Positions 61,739-64,000 of a stretch of DNA of 64,000 bases are shown piece by piece. The notes below the pieces were generated by a model. The model saw only the letters and a program-made list of their open reading frames with translations. It searched no databases and was not told the DNA's origin. The translations under genes and the position numbers were made by a program. Origin of the DNA: Eledone cirrhosa (Eukaryota); contig OZ024740.1 of the NCBI GenBank assembly GCA_964016885.1, positions 440,076,001 to 440,140,000 of the forward strand, read 5' to 3'. Within the stretch, counting starts at the first letter, position 1; every line of letters starts with the position of its first letter.

Positions 61739-64000
61739 ATAACACCACAAGTCTGACATCTATACAATAATACCACATGTCTAACATCTATATAATAACA
61801 CCACATGTCTGACATCTATATAATAACACCGCATGTGACATCTATATAATAACACCACATGTCTGACAACTATAAATTAACACCACATGTCTGACATCTA
61901 TATAATAACACCAGATGTCTGACATCTATATAATAACACCAGATGTCTGTCATCTATACAATAACACCACAAGCCTGCATCTATATAATAACACCATATG
62001 ACTGACATCTATATAATAACAACACAAGTCTGACATCTATATAATAACACCACATTTCTGACATCTATATAATAACATCACAAATCTGACATCTATATAA
62101 TAACACCACATGTCTGACATCTATACAATAACACCACAAGTCTGACATCTATATGATAACACCACAAGTCAGACATCTATATAATAACTCCAGATGTCTG
62201 ATATCTATACAATAACACCACAAGTCTGACATATATATAATAACACCACATGTCTGACATCTATATAATAACACCACATGTGTGACATCTATATAATGAC
62301 ACCACATGTCTGACATCAATCTAATAACACCACAAGCCTGACATCTATATAATAACACCACATGTCTGACATCTATATAATAACACCAGATGTCTGACAT
62401 CTATATAATAACACCACATATCTGCCATCTATATAATAACACAACATGTCTGGCATCTATATAATAACACCACAAGTCTGACATCTACATAATAACACCA
62501 CAAGTCTGACATCTATATAATAACACCACAAGTCTGATATCTATACAATAATACCACATGTCTAACATCTATATAATAACACCACAAGTCTGATATCTAT
62601 ACAATAATACCACATGTCTAACATCTATATAATAACACCATATGTCTGACATCTATACAATAAAACCACATGTCTGACATCTATATAATAACACCACATA
62701 TCTGCCATCTATATAATAACACAACATGTCTGACATCTATATAATAACACCAGATATCTGACATCTATACAATAACACCACAAGTCTGCATCTATATAAT
62801 AACACCAGATGTCTGAGATCTATATAATAACACCACATGTGACATCTATACAATAACACCACAAGTCTGCATCTATATAATAACACCATATGTCTGACAT
62901 CTATATAATAACACCACATGTCTGACATCTATATAATAACACCACAAATCTGACATCTATATAATAACACCACATGTCTGACATCTATATAATAACACCA
63001 CATGTCTGACATCTATATAATAACACCAAAAGTCTGACATCTATACAATAACACCACATTCCTGACATCTATATAATAACACATGTCTGACATCTATATA
63101 ATAACACCACATGTCTGACATCTATATAATAACACCACAAGTCTGACATCTATATAATAACACCACGTGTCTGACATCTATATAATAACACCACAAATCT
63201 GACATCTATACATTAATACCACATGTCTGACATCTATATAATAACACCAGATGTCTGACATCTATATAATAACACCACATGTGACATCTATATAATAACA
63301 CCACATGTCTGACATCTATATAATAACACCACAAGTCTGACATCTATATAATAACACCACATGTCTGACATCTATATAATAACACCACATGTGTGACATC
63401 TATATAATAACACCACATTTCTGACATCTATATAATAACACATGTCTGACATCTATATAATAACACCACATGTCTGACATCTATATAATAACACCACAAG
63501 TCTGACATCTATATAATAACACCACAAGTCTGACATCTATACAATAATACCACATGTCTAACATCTATATAATAACACCACATGTCTGACATCTATATAA
63601 TAACACCGCATGTGATATCTATATAATAACACCACATGTCTGACAACTATAAATTAACACCACATGTCTGACATCTATATAATAACACCAGATGTCTGAC
63701 ATCTATATAATAACACCAGATGTCTGTCATCTATACAATAACACCACAAGCCTGCATCTATATAATAACACCATATGACTGACATCTATATAATAACAAC
63801 ACAAGTCTGACATCTATATAATAACACCACATTTCTGACATCTATATAATAACATCACAAATCTGACATCTATATAATAACACCACATGTCTGACATCTA
63901 TACAATAACACCACAAGTCTGACATCTATATGATAACACCACAAGTCAGACATCTATATAATAACTCCAGATGTCTGATATCTATACAATAACACCACAA
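61400..64000. repeat. Duplicated block ~61400-62223 and ~63180-64000 (offset 1777), running off the window end
   Basis: tctgtcatc 61950/63727 and aagtcagac 62171/63948; aagcctgcatc is also shared. Confidence 0.85.

Larger units (their letters stand above)
1..64000. repeat. Tandem satellite array, 28-bp monomer ATCTATATAATAACACCACA(T/A)GTCTGAC, ~2,300 head-to-tail copies, truncated by both window edges
   Basis: The monomer is directly readable on every line of the window. Position 21 is dimorphic (CATG vs CAAG). Length variants of 23-30 bp occur. No unique sequence or orientation switch was seen. Confidence 0.99.

Noticed and set aside
4021-62928. Cys/Tyr-rich 63-83 aa minus-strand ORFs with repeated CxxC (RCQTC) motifs
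   Set aside because: They are translations of the 28-bp repeat cycling through three frames every 84 bp. A TAG normally occurs each cycle, and ORFs appear only where variants (gacatatat, catcaatcta, gacatgtat, small deletions) remove or skip it. Their recurrence simply tracks the DNA duplications. There is no evidence of a gene context.
1-64000. CRISPR array (28-bp, partly palindromic repeat)
   Set aside because: Monomers are directly abutted with no unique spacers, and there is no leader or cas gene.
1-64000. Sigma70-like promoter elements CTGACA/TTGACA and TATAAT, and TATA-like TATATAA, in every monomer
   Set aside because: The hexamers are 4 bp or 32 bp apart, not ~17 bp. Short AT-rich matches are expected by chance, and there is no downstream gene.
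1-64000. A single regular higher-order repeat
   Set aside because: Marker offsets differ by region (1163 to ~5600 bp), and no unit is repeated more than 2-3 times in tandem.
1-64000. Transposon insertions, inversions or terminal inverted repeats
   Set aside because: No non-monomer sequence and no reverse-orientation monomers (e.g. TGTGGTGTTATT on the + strand) were seen.
1-64000. Synthetic or data-encoding concatemer (binary T/A pattern)
   Set aside because: The hierarchical shared variants, indels and nested duplications with graded divergence match natural satellite evolution.

Overview
The whole 64-kb window is one uninterrupted, single-orientation tandem satellite array of a 28-bp monomer, consensus ATCTATATAATAACACCACA(T/A)GTCTGAC (about 32% GC, C:G = 7:2 on the + strand, no CpG in the consensus), roughly 2,300 copies. 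It runs off both ends of the window. I see no genes, RNA genes, transposons, unique sequence or CRISPR spacers. All listed ORFs are minus-strand read-throughs of the repeat where a variant removes the periodic TAG stop. The information lies in the monomer variants. Rare variants act as barcodes and show that the array has no single regular higher-order repeat. Instead it is a patchwork of recent, near-identical kb-scale tandem duplications (offsets about 4035, 4481, 5597-5681, 5165, 3538, 4784 bp, plus partial ones at 2476 and 1777 bp). These are layered on older nested duplications (1163, 1418, ~2300 bp) and on short variant cassettes reused across the window. The monomer contains a dyad (ATGTC-T-GACAT), and many variants extend or create palindromes. 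It looks like eukaryotic heterochromatic (pericentromeric or subtelomeric) satellite, but organism and function cannot be determined from the sequence. Offsets were measured by eye from marker variants and the ORF track; boundaries are approximate.
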